Origin: an uncultured Myxococcales bacterium
GTDB taxonomy: Bacteria > Myxococcota_A > UBA9042 > PWKZ01 > CAYRCM01
DNA length: 64,000 nt
NCBI GenBank assembly: GCA_964422715.1
Contig: CAYRCM010000003.1
Span: 15,377-79,376 of the forward strand
Direction of reading: 5' to 3'
Positions 26,911 to 36,000 of this stretch are shown here, piece by piece. How positions within the stretch are numbered: position 1 is the first letter of the stretch; every line of letters begins with the position of its first letter. The notes under the pieces are model-generated. The model was not told the DNA's origin, made no database searches, and worked only from the letters and a program-made list of their open reading frames with translations. The position numbers and the translations under genes were made by a program.

Positions 26911-27375
26911 ATGCGACATCTAGCAACAGCAGCCCTCACACTCTGCTGCGTCTGGGCCGCCGCGGCGTGCGGCGACGACGGCGACGACCCCTCGCGGCAG
27001 GACGACCGTCGTTCCGCTGCGAAACCCATGGATATGGGCGGTATCGCCGACGACAAGGTCGACCCCGCAGCTGGTGACTCGACTGACTGGAAGAAATTCA
27101 GCCTCGTCACCGACGACACGGTCACGGTTACAGTGTACTTCGACAACCCGACGGTCGATGCCAAGGTCGCCCTGCGCGACGCCTTCGGCTCGGACCTCAA
27201 GAAGTGCGTCAAAGAAGCCGACAAGGATTGCGTGCTTACCATCGATCTCAAAGGGGGAACGTACTTCGTGGGGGTCGAAGCCGGCGAGCAGGCATCGGTC
27301 TACACTGTTTCGGTGGAATTGGGTAGCGGAAAGATTGCAGGTACGGGCGGTTACGACGACCCGCGGCCCGAGTAG
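26911..27375 (+). CDS. Small secreted lipoprotein (hypothetical)
   Basis: 154 aa. Signal peptide ending in a lipobox-like AAAC-G. Acidic mature protein. Sits immediately upstream of the CIS-like operon promoter. Confidence 0.55.
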   Translation: MRHLATAALTLCCVWAAAACGDDGDDPSRQDDRRSAAKPMDMGGIADDKVDPAAGDSTDWKKFSLVTDDTVTVTVYFDNPTVDAKVALRDAFGSDLKKCVKEADKDCVLTIDLKGGTYFVGVEAGEQASVYTVSVELGSGKIAGTGGYDDPRPE

Positions 27376-27480
27376 CGTGGGGACTGGCGACCCCCGGTGG
27401 GGTCACGCGACACCGTTGCGCCAGACCCCATTTGCCGTTTTCTGGGCCTTTCCAGCGGCCCCGGCCAAAGAAAATAAGCG

Positions 27481-27508
27481 TTGACAGTCGAGCGACGGTC
27501 GTGATAGT
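27481..27508 (+). promoter_or_regulatory. Sigma70-like promoter candidate in an AT-rich island (TTGACA-N16-GATAGT) upstream of the CIS-like operon
   Basis: AAAGAAAATAAGCG-TTGACA (27481-27486) … GATAGT (27503-27508). This is the only strongly AT-rich stretch for several kb, about 95 nt upstream of the first CIS gene. Confidence 0.4.
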
Positions 27509-27602
27509 CCAAAACCACTTTGACGCTCGAAATCGCAGCAATGGCGCGCCGCGCAGACAGTTGTTCGGACTTGCCGCTGCGCACTGAGGCCTGTCAGAAC
27601 GT

Positions 27603-28190
27603 ATGAGCCAATTTGAGGTCATCCGCGACATCGGAAAGACCCTCGAAGACTTGCTCAAGGAAGCGTTCAAGAGCAAGGGTTTCACCACAGTCAACGTCAG
27701 CACCGACAAGCCCAAGAAAGACAATATCAAGAATCTTCCAACGGTTTCCTGCTACCTCTACCATGTCTCCTTCGCCCCGGGCTACAAGGAGCGCACGCAG
27801 GCGCTCGTCTCCACCCAGGACCGCGAGGGCAACATCGTCGAGTTCTACCAGGACGCCCCGGTCTACCTTTGGGCGCACTTCATCATCTCGGTCTGGGGCA
27901 ATTCCCCAGCCGAAGAAAACTTGCTTCTCGGGCTCGCCGTGAAGACCTTCCTCGAGAACCCCATTCTCACGGGGGAGGTGCTCCGCGGCGATTCCTTCTA
28001 CCCCGACGACATGCTCAACATCTACCCGAATCTACAGACAGATTTCAACGACGTCTTGACGTTCTGGAGAAGCCTCAACGAGGAACTGCGTCCGTCCATC
28101 TATTACTATGTCAAATTCCGGATCGAGTCCGACCGGAAGAGTACCGAGGTCAAGCGGGTTACTGGCAAGGATTTTGCTATCCGCCGATGA
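27603..28190 (+). CDS. DUF4255-like (Pvc16/Afp16 N-terminal-like) tail cap/terminator protein candidate
   Basis: 195-aa first gene of the operon, directly preceding a sheath gene, as in many eCIS loci. The assignment rests on context and size; the family membership was not verified. Confidence 0.45.
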   Translation: MSQFEVIRDIGKTLEDLLKEAFKSKGFTTVNVSTDKPKKDNIKNLPTVSCYLYHVSFAPGYKERTQALVSTQDREGNIVEFYQDAPVYLWAHFIISVWGNSPAEENLLLGLAVKTFLENPILTGEVLRGDSFYPDDMLNIYPNLQTDFNDVLTFWRSLNEELRPSIYYYVKFRIESDRKSTEVKRVTGKDFAIRR

Positions 28191-28301
28191 CAGCGTGCAA
28201 CGACTTCGTTTGGCACTCTGCTTTGAGGCGGTGCGCCAGTCGGTAACCCGGGGCGAATGAACGTGAGTCGACACATTGGCCAGAACTAGAAGGAGGAACT
28301 A

Positions 28302-29450
28302 ATGGCAACGTCGTATCTCTCCCCGGGTGTGTATGTCGAAGAAGTCGACCGTGGCACGAAGCCGCTCGAAATGGTTGGCACGAGTACCGTCGGTTTCATC
28401 GGCGAATCGAACATCGGTCCCGTCAACCAGCCCATCTTCTGCACCAACTGGAGTCAGTACACCAAGCACTTTGGCGATTTCCAGAACAGCGAGTTTCTGG
28501 CTCACGCGGTGTATGGCTTCTTCAACAACGGCGGCGGCCGCTGCTTCGTTCTGAACGTCGGCCTGCCCGAAGAAGGCAAGGCGGGCAAAGCGGGTCTCTA
28601 CATCGGCACCGACAATGGCCCCGGCACCCGCACGGGTCTCAAGGCCTTCGAAGACTGCGACGAAATCAACATCGTCGTGGCCCCTGGCCAGACCGAGCCG
28701 GCCATCGTCGACGCGGTGCTCTCCCACTGCGAGAACATGCGCTATCGCTTCGCCATCCTCGACTCCCCCGAACTCATCGAAAAGGGTGGCGTCGACAAAC
28801 TGCCGAAGCCGCGCGACTCCAAGTACGGCGCCTACTACTTCCCCTGGGTCGAGGTCTACGACCCGATCAAGGGCAACATCTACCAACCGCCCTCTGGCTT
28901 CATGGCGGGCATCTACGCCCGCACCGACGGCGAGCGCGGTGTCCACAAGGCGCCGGCCAACGAGATCGTGCGCGGGGCGTTGGGTCTCAAGTACCAGATC
29001 ACGAAGGGCGAGCAGGACATCCTCAACCCGAAGGGCATCAACTGCATTCGCGAGTTCCCGAACCGCGGCATTCGGGTTTGGGGCGCCCGTACCATCTCCA
29101 GTGACCCGTCGTGGCGCTATATCAACGTTCGTCGTCTCTTCAACATGGTCGAGCAGAGCATCGAAATCGGCACCCAGTGGGTCGTCTTCGAGCCCAACGA
29201 CCATCGGCTGTGGAAGCGCGTCACGCGTGACCTCACCGCCTTCCTGATGCGGCTGTGGCGGCAGGGTGCGCTCTTCGGCAAGACTCCCGAAGAGGCCTTC
29301 TACGTGAAGTGCGACGAAGAAACCAATCCGCCGGAAGTCATCGACGCTGGCCAGATGATCGTCGAGATCGGCATGTGCCCGGTGAAGCCGGCAGAGTTCG
29401 TCATTTTCCGCATCGGCCAAATGCCGGCCGGCGGTGACGTTTCCGAGTAG
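28302..29450 (+). CDS. Contractile tail sheath protein, paralog 1
   Basis: 382 aa with N-terminal MATSYLSPGVYVEEVD and the conserved C-terminal sheath motifs (…GAYYFPWV…, …GINCIREFPNRGIRVWGARTIS…, …WRYINVRRL…). Strong AGGAGG Shine-Dalgarno sequence. Confidence 0.9.
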   Translation: MATSYLSPGVYVEEVDRGTKPLEMVGTSTVGFIGESNIGPVNQPIFCTNWSQYTKHFGDFQNSEFLAHAVYGFFNNGGGRCFVLNVGLPEEGKAGKAGLYIGTDNGPGTRTGLKAFEDCDEINIVVAPGQTEPAIVDAVLSHCENMRYRFAILDSPELIEKGGVDKLPKPRDSKYGAYYFPWVEVYDPIKGNIYQPPSGFMAGIYARTDGERGVHKAPANEIVRGALGLKYQITKGEQDILNPKGINCIREFPNRGIRVWGARTISSDPSWRYINVRRLFNMVEQSIEIGTQWVVFEPNDHRLWKRVTRDLTAFLMRLWRQGALFGKTPEEAFYVKCDEETNPPEVIDAGQMIVEIGMCPVKPAEFVIFRIGQMPAGGDVSE

Positions 29451-29527
29451 TCCGACGAACCGGTTCGTTTTTCGGGCTCTTTGAAGGCCTTGGCTAGACA
29501 GTCCACCATCACCCAGGAGGAGGCATT

Positions 29528-29959
29528 ATGCCAAACCGTAGAAAGCACGATCACATTGGGCAGTTCAACTTCAAGGTCGAGATCGAGGGCGTGACCCAGG
29601 GCGCGTTCCGGAACGTCGAAGGCCTCGACAGCGAGACCGAGATCGTTGAATACCAGGACGGCGACGACATCATCCTGCGCAAGCGTCCCGGCCGTACCAA
29701 GTATTCGAACGTCGTTCTGAAGCGCGGCTACATCAACACCGACGAACTGTGGCAGTGGCGCAAGAAGGTCATCGAGGGCAAGGTGGAGCGCAAGAGCGGG
29801 TCCATCATCCTCTGCGCCGACGACGGCGGCGAAATCATGCGCTACAACTTCTTCGAAGGCTGGCCCTCGAAGTGGAAGGGCTTCACCCTCGACGGGAAGG
29901 GCGCCGACGTCAACGTCGAAGAGATCGAACTCGCGGTCGAGAAGATCGAGCGCGGCTAG
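29528..29959 (+). CDS. Tail tube protein (T4 gp19 / Hcp-like), paralog 1
   Basis: 143 aa. N-terminal …GQFNFKVEIEGVTQGAFRNVEGL… is typical of the tube family. Follows the sheath gene. Confidence 0.85.
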   Translation: MPNRRKHDHIGQFNFKVEIEGVTQGAFRNVEGLDSETEIVEYQDGDDIILRKRPGRTKYSNVVLKRGYINTDELWQWRKKVIEGKVERKSGSIILCADDGGEIMRYNFFEGWPSKWKGFTLDGKGADVNVEEIELAVEKIERG

Positions 29960-29997
29960 TTCTTCTTCGAGAAGTCAGAGCCGTCGAACAAGCAAAA

Positions 29998-30044
29998 GAC
30001 CCACTCCGCCGGTCTAGCGGCGGGGTGGGTCGTTTTGCGTTTTG
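29998..30044 (+). terminator. Intrinsic-terminator-like hairpin with U-tract (possible attenuator) between tube 1 and the chaperone gene
   Basis: GACCCACUCCGCC-(8-nt loop)-GGCGGGGUGGGUC forms a 13-bp stem with one G·U pair, followed by GUUUUGCGUUUUG. Confidence 0.45.
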
Positions 30045-30063
30045 AGCAGGGGACAGGCTGACC

Positions 30064-30435
30064 ATGGCTTTCAAGACCGAGTTTGAATTCACACTTCCGA
30101 AGGGTTACGTCGACAAGGACGGCAACCTGCATCGCAAGGGCGTGATGCGGCTGGCCACGGCCAAGGACGAAATTCTCCCCCTCCAGGACTACCGCGTCCA
30201 GGCCAATCGCGCGTATCTCGTCATCATTTTGCTTTCGCGCGTCATTACGAAACTCGGCGATCTGAGCTCCGTCAACCCCTCCGTCATCGAGGAGCTGTTC
30301 TCCGCCGACCTGGCCTACCTCCAGGACTTCTACCGCCGAATCAACGAGGAAGGCACGTCGAAGATCAAGGTGAGTTGTCCGGCGTGCAGCCACAAGTTCG
30401 AGGTCGATCTCGGAGCTGACCTGGGGGAATCATAA
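30064..30435 (+). CDS. Small tail-assembly-chaperone-like protein (P2 gpE / lambda gpG analog) with C-terminal CxxC
   Basis: 123-aa ORF between the tube and the next structural genes. Ends …SCPACSHKFEVDLGADLGES. The downstream ORF overlaps in the -1 frame. Confidence 0.5.
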   Translation: MAFKTEFEFTLPKGYVDKDGNLHRKGVMRLATAKDEILPLQDYRVQANRAYLVIILLSRVITKLGDLSSVNPSVIEELFSADLAYLQDFYRRINEEGTSKIKVSCPACSHKFEVDLGADLGES

Positions 30436-30593
30436 GCTACCCCCTGGACCGCTTGTACCAGGAGGTAGCCTACATCGCCTATCATTTCCATTGGTCGCCC
30501 GACGACGTCTTGGAGATGGAACACAAGGAGCGCCAGGTCTGGGTGCGCGAGATCTCCGAGATCAACAAGGAAATCAACCGTTCCCGCAGATGA
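30420..30593 (+). CDS. Putative -1 frameshift extension (E'/GT-like) of the upstream chaperone ORF; no independent start or RBS
   Basis: The frame opens at 30420, 16 nt before the upstream stop, across a CTGGGGGAA run. It encodes …YPLDRLYQEVAYIAYHFHWSPDDVLEMEHKERQVWVREISEINKEINRSRR. It has no ATG or GTG with an RBS; only a weak TTG at 30453. Confidence 0.35.
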   Translation, partial: PGGIISYPLDRLYQEVAYIAYHFHWSPDDVLEMEHKERQVWVREISEINKEINRSRR

Positions 30594-30606
30594 TGGGGAG
30601 GGGTGT

Positions 30607-32370
30607 ATGGTGACCTACCGGCCTCCTGGCGTCTATCCGGAGCGTGCCGAGCGGCGATATGCCCCACTCACCCTCGCGAAGAGCGGGGTCGTGGGGTTCG
30701 TTGGCATCACCGAGAAGGGGCCAACCGACGTCCCGGTCCACGTGACGAGCCTCCGAAGGTTCCACGAAGTCTTCGGCCACCTCCAGCACCTCGACACCTA
30801 TCTCGAAGAGGCGCTAAAGGGGTTCTTCGACAATGGGGGGCGTGAATGCTACGTGCTCCGCGTGGCCCACCGGGCCAGCCGCGGCACGGGTGGGGCCGCC
30901 CGGGCCGAGGCGACGCTCGTCGATGGACTCGGGCGCAGCACGCTTCTCGCGCAGGCCCGCGACGAGGGCACGTGGGGCAACGAGATCGCGGTTTCCGTGC
31001 GCCGACCGCCGCCGCGGGTGCGGAGTCTGCTCACGATCGACCTCAAGCCCGGCGACTTGTTGGCCACCATCAAGTCGACCCACGGTTTCGAGCGAGGTAC
31101 CGTCGTCCGGATTACCGACGGCGAGGGCGAGGTCTACCGCGTCGTGCGTTCGCTCGACGGCAAGACCCTGCAATGGTTCGACGACCAGCCGCTCGATCGG
31201 GGGTTCAAGTCCGCTGCCCCCACCTACCTCGAGCCCGTCGAATTCGAACTGTCGGCCGAGACCTTGCGCGCGCGCGAAACCTACCGCAACCTCTCCATTG
31301 CCCCCAACAGCCGGAACTACGTGGCGCGCGTGGTCAACGGCGCCTCCGACCTCATTCGGGTCTCCGACCTCGATTCGAACTCCCCGCTGGCCGAGCGCCT
31401 GCCGGTCGTGGTCGACGACGTGCGGCTCGCCGGAGGCACCGACGGCATTTTCTCGCTAACACCCGACGATCTCATCGGCATGAACCTCGGACCCGGGGAG
31501 CGGTACGGTTTGGCCGCCTACGAGGCCGTCGAAGAGGTCGATCTGCTGTCCATTCCCGACCTCGTGTGGCTGTTTCGCGACGAACGGTGCCAGGCGTTTC
31601 GCACGCTCAAGGACGTCGAGGTGGTCCAGCAGTCCATGATCTCGCAATGTGAAATGCTGAAGGACCGCTTCGCGTTGCTCGACGCCCCCGACCCCGACGA
31701 CCACATCCTGGCCCAGCAGTGGCGCCTGATGTTCGACACCGCGTATGCGGCGCTCTACTTTCCCTGGCTCGTGGTCGATGCCGGCGGAGAAAAACGCTCC
31801 ATCCCTCCGAGTGGACACCTCGCCGGAATCTTTGCAAGATCCGACGCCGACCATGGCGTTCACCGTGCCCCAGCGAACGAACCGATTCACGGAATCACAG
31901 ATCTGGAACTGGTCTTGCAAGACGAAGACATCGCGACGCTGAACGAGAGGGGCATCAATTGTATGAAGTACTTTCCAGCGCGGGGCATACGGATTTGGGG
32001 GGCGCGCACGGTCTCCTCGGATTCGTCCCAGCGCTTCCTCAACGTTCGGCGCGTCATGAACACCATCATCCGTACGATGAACACGGGGCTGCAATGGGTG
32101 GTGTTCGAGCCGAACAACCCGCGTCTCTGGAAGATCGTGGACCGCGATGTGACCTATTTCCTTATGACTCTCTGGGAGAAGGGCTGGTTCAAAGGCGAGG
32201 TCCCGGAGGAAGCGTTCTACGTCAAGTGCGACGAGGAAACCAACCCGCCCGAGGTCAGAGATGCCGGGCAGGTGGTCGTCGAAGTCGGCGTCGCCCCTGT
32301 ACGCCCCGCGGAATACATTGTGTTCCGCATTGCGCAGACCGTTGGGGGTGGACGAGAGACGGGCGAATAG
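30607..32370 (+). CDS. Contractile tail sheath protein, paralog 2 (with ~200-aa inserted domain)
   Basis: 587 aa. N-terminal MVTYRPPGVYPER and C-terminal sheath motifs (…AALYFPWLVV…, …GINCMKYFPARGIRIWGARTVSS…). The C-terminal ~120 aa are nearly collinear with sheath 1. Confidence 0.9.
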   Translation: MVTYRPPGVYPERAERRYAPLTLAKSGVVGFVGITEKGPTDVPVHVTSLRRFHEVFGHLQHLDTYLEEALKGFFDNGGRECYVLRVAHRASRGTGGAARAEATLVDGLGRSTLLAQARDEGTWGNEIAVSVRRPPPRVRSLLTIDLKPGDLLATIKSTHGFERGTVVRITDGEGEVYRVVRSLDGKTLQWFDDQPLDRGFKSAAPTYLEPVEFELSAETLRARETYRNLSIAPNSRNYVARVVNGASDLIRVSDLDSNSPLAERLPVVVDDVRLAGGTDGIFSLTPDDLIGMNLGPGERYGLAAYEAVEEVDLLSIPDLVWLFRDERCQAFRTLKDVEVVQQSMISQCEMLKDRFALLDAPDPDDHILAQQWRLMFDTAYAALYFPWLVVDAGGEKRSIPPSGHLAGIFARSDADHGVHRAPANEPIHGITDLELVLQDEDIATLNERGINCMKYFPARGIRIWGARTVSSDSSQRFLNVRRVMNTIIRTMNTGLQWVVFEPNNPRLWKIVDRDVTYFLMTLWEKGWFKGEVPEEAFYVKCDEETNPPEVRDAGQVVVEVGVAPVRPAEYIVFRIAQTVGGGRETGE

Positions 32371-32464
32371 ACTGCTGCGATTGCAGGGTTGACAAGTAGC
32401 GTCGGCAGGCGCGCTGGGCGGCAGCGCACCGCCCCGCGGACCGTCATGGCGAAGGAGAAACGTC

Positions 32465-32956
32465 ATGCCAGCTGGGGCCAGGAATCAGGACTACCAGGTC
32501 AAGTTCAACTTCAACGTCGAAGTCGACGGCATCACCGCCGGACGATTCGTTGAGGCAGGCCCTCTCAAATGGAGCACGGAAGCCGAATCCGTGCGTGAGG
32601 GTGGCAACAACGCGGGCAAGGTCAACTTGGTGGGCCCGGGTACCTTCGACAAACTGTCCCTCAAACGTGGGTACCTCATCGCAAATACAGAGTTCTTCCA
32701 GTGGATGAAGGACATCCATGACCCGGCCAAAGGCAAGGGCTCGGGGTTGCGGCACAACTTCGACCTCGTCGTCCTCGATGACTCCGGGGCCGAAGTGGGG
32801 CGCTACAGCTTCTTCAACGCCTTTGTGTCCAACTATTCGGTCGACGCCTTCAACGCCAAGACGGGCGAGATTGTCATCGAGTCCGTTGAGTTGACCTATG
32901 ACTACTTCACGGTGAAGGGCTCGGGCGGCAGCGGGTTCACTGGGTCCGAACTGTGA
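32465..32956 (+). CDS. Tail tube protein (gp19/Hcp-like), paralog 2
   Basis: 163 aa. …YQVKFNFNVEVDGITAGRFVEAGPL… parallels tube 1. AAGGAG Shine-Dalgarno sequence. Confidence 0.8.
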   Translation: MPAGARNQDYQVKFNFNVEVDGITAGRFVEAGPLKWSTEAESVREGGNNAGKVNLVGPGTFDKLSLKRGYLIANTEFFQWMKDIHDPAKGKGSGLRHNFDLVVLDDSGAEVGRYSFFNAFVSNYSVDAFNAKTGEIVIESVELTYDYFTVKGSGGSGFTGSEL

Positions 32957-33004
32957 TGTTCCGCGCTTCAAGCGTCGCTGGCGGACTCGTGAGGTAGCGA
33001 GACC

Positions 33005-36000
33005 ATGGACGAATCCAAAACGCTGGGCACCAAACGCGACGGCACGAGCCCGAGGCTCGTCGCCGACCTCGTGAACCGCTTCGGGAGCGAGCACGCCGAC
33101 GTAACCCCCGATGACTCCAAGGCCTTGGCGGGCATGGGGGAGTGGCTGGGCCACCTCCAGTCGCGGAGCGACCCGAGCCACGTGGTCCTGTCCGGCGGCT
33201 GGACCCCGGCGGGCGGGCGCGACGTTCAAGAGCGTATCGCCTCCCGCTACCGTCTGGCCGAGCGGCCGCCGATTGCGACGGGGATTGCCGCGTTTCTTGG
33301 TGGGCTGCGCTGGACTTCTGCGCCCGAGCAGCGGTTTTTCGAATGGGGGGGCTTCGACGATTTCGAGTCCCTGATGCTCGAACCCGAACTGCCCGAGGGG
33401 GCCGACGAACTTGGAGACACATCGCCCCGACCCGCAGCGCGCGCAGGGGGATTGCGTGCGGGGCGGAAGGGCCGCGGACAGGCGAGCGTCCAGTCTCGCT
33501 CCGCGAAGGCGGGTGAGGTTGCCCGGTTGTCAGTGGCCACGCCGCCGCCCGGCGCTCCAATGGCCGCCGGCAACCTTCTCAGCGGCGAGTCGCTCGCCCC
33601 GCCGGAACCGCTGCGCGCGGTTTCTGCGGGCGCAGCACCGGTCGTCCTCGACGGCGTCCCGCTCAGCCCGCGCACACTGCCTGCCTTGACGGCAGCGCTT
33701 GCGCGGGTTTCCGAGGTCTTCCAAGGGCCGGCTGCCGCGACCGCGCGGCGTTTCAGCCCGGCTGCCTTTTCGGCGGCGCTCAAGGTCGTGTCGTTGACCT
33801 CGGCTGATGCGCCGAGCCAAAGGCGCCATGGTGCGCCGCCGCAGGCGACAACCGACCCGCGCAGCCAAGCCGCGGCGCAGGGCGTCTCACCGCGCGCGGT
33901 CGGCTTCCACCGCGGGATGGAACTGGGGACTGTAGTCCCCGGATCGGGCACGGGTGACCCCACTCCGGGGACCCCAGAAACCCGAATTTCTGCCAGGGCC
34001 CAGAAACGACGGGTACCCGCGACGTCCGCCGCCGACCCGACGATGCGACTCGGCCGGTACGGCTTCGCGCGCGACTTCAGTCTGACGCCGGCCGAAACCT
34101 TCTCGTCCTCCGTCATTCTGCGCGCCTTGGACGAGGCGCCCGACGCCGGACCTGACGCGTTTTCGCCGGGAGCAGGGTACGTCCAGCCGGCGGCTCCGGC
34201 CGCGCAGTCAACGGCGCTTGTTGGCGACAACGACATTGTCTACGTGTCTCTCGAAGACCTGGATCCGGCCGTACTTGGCGGCGGCGGCGAGGCCGAGGCC
34301 AGTTTGCGTGTGCCGACGGGCCTGCGTACGTTTGCCCGACTGCCCGCCACGGTGCGCGAGCGGCTCAGCAGCCATGCCTTGACTGTGACCGAGGCCGTTC
34401 GTCTCCAGCAGGCCCTGGCCCGCTCCGCGTCCTCGCCGGCCGGTCGACCGCTGCGGTCCCCGCACGCGCCGAGCGCCGCCGCGCAGGCGGCCGTCGTGCC
34501 AGCCGCCGCGGTGCGCGACCGGGTCGATGTGCAGACTCCGCCGTCTCTGCCGGCGGCGCTCCGCAACGCTGTGGCCGCGCGCACGCTGCCCGCGGAGGCG
34601 CGGTTTGGCTCGAGCGAGGTCGAGCCCGCGCAGCCGCGCCCCATTGGGCAGCCGGCTGTGCTCGGGCGTCCCGAACTGCTCGCCAGCCAGGTTCGCGCTC
34701 TTCGGGCTGCACTGCAGCCGAGGACGCTGCGGGCGCCGTTGGTTGGGCGTGACGCGCCGTCGGCGACGCCGGGCACCCGACCGGGAGCCAGGACGCGCGC
34801 AGCGAGCATCGAGTCGTGGATCCACGGGCTGGCCGCGATCCCGGGCGTGGAATCCGGCGCGTCCCCCACGGTGGGTCTTGGCGGTTCCCTGACGTCCGCC
34901 GCCAACGAGGCGGCGGGGCCGCGCCAGGTGCGGGCCGCGACCGAGGACGTTGGCCAGGGTCGCGTCGTCCCTGCCGGCATTCTCGATGGGGAATCCTTCA
35001 GCTGGTCCGGGTTCGACTTTCTTGCCCCGCAGGCCGAGGAAGCGGTCGTGCGCGACGAACAGCGTGTCGTTGCGGCCGCCCTTGCGGCAGCAGCGGGCGC
35101 GTCGCCGACTGGGGCGCAGCGTGCGGCCCAGCGCAGTACGTCGAAGCAGCCCCGACGGGCTCGGACCACTCGGGTGGCAGCCGCCCTTGAGCCCACGGCT
35201 TCTCTGGTCGGCGGCGTCGCTCCGGCCCTGCCCCCGACCGTCTCCGAGGCGCTGGCGGGGCTGACGGGCACCCGGCCCACCATCGCGGCGGGCGTTCGCC
35301 TGCGGGCCGACGTCGAAGAGGTAGGACGCGGCATCCGCCGCGCGGCCCCGGCCCGTGCGCAGGCCCCGGTCCCCGGCACCGCCGACGTTGCTCCGGCCAC
35401 GGCGACCGGTCGTCCGACCGAGGCCGCGTCCTCCGCGTTGACCGCGGAGACGCCGGAACTTGCGGCCTATTCCTACCTGCCGCGACTCGTGGCGCACCTT
35501 GGCGTCCGTCAGGCCGCAGCCGTGCTGCCGGCCCTGCGTACCGCGGAGGCGCGTCGCACCCTCACCGCCCGGACACCCGAACAGATCTCACGTCTCGTCG
35601 GTCCCGAACGGACCTACGCGGAGGGCTGGCTCTCCTCTGCCGTCGAATTGACGCGCGAGTGGCTTCGCCCCGTCGGGCCGGAGGGCCCCGCGGCGCTTCC
35701 AGAAGACGCCCGCGGGGTCGAGTCGGCCGCCGCATCGACGCGGCAGCGCGGGTCGGCCACGGCGGTGGGTGCAAGCGTGGCCGCCGATGCCCGCCCCCGG
35801 CGAGCTTCGGCCGAAGTCAGCGCGCCGGCGTTTGGGTTGCATCCCGGCTCCACGGGGGAGCCCGTGGGGCATGAGCGAACCGGTGGCGCAGTGGCGAGTG
35901 AGCGCGGGCGCTACTGGGGCGGCTTCGCGCCGTTGCGCAGTCGGGGCGCCAGTGGGGTGGCCGACGTCCTTCGTCAGGAGGCCCTCGCGATGGCCCTTGC

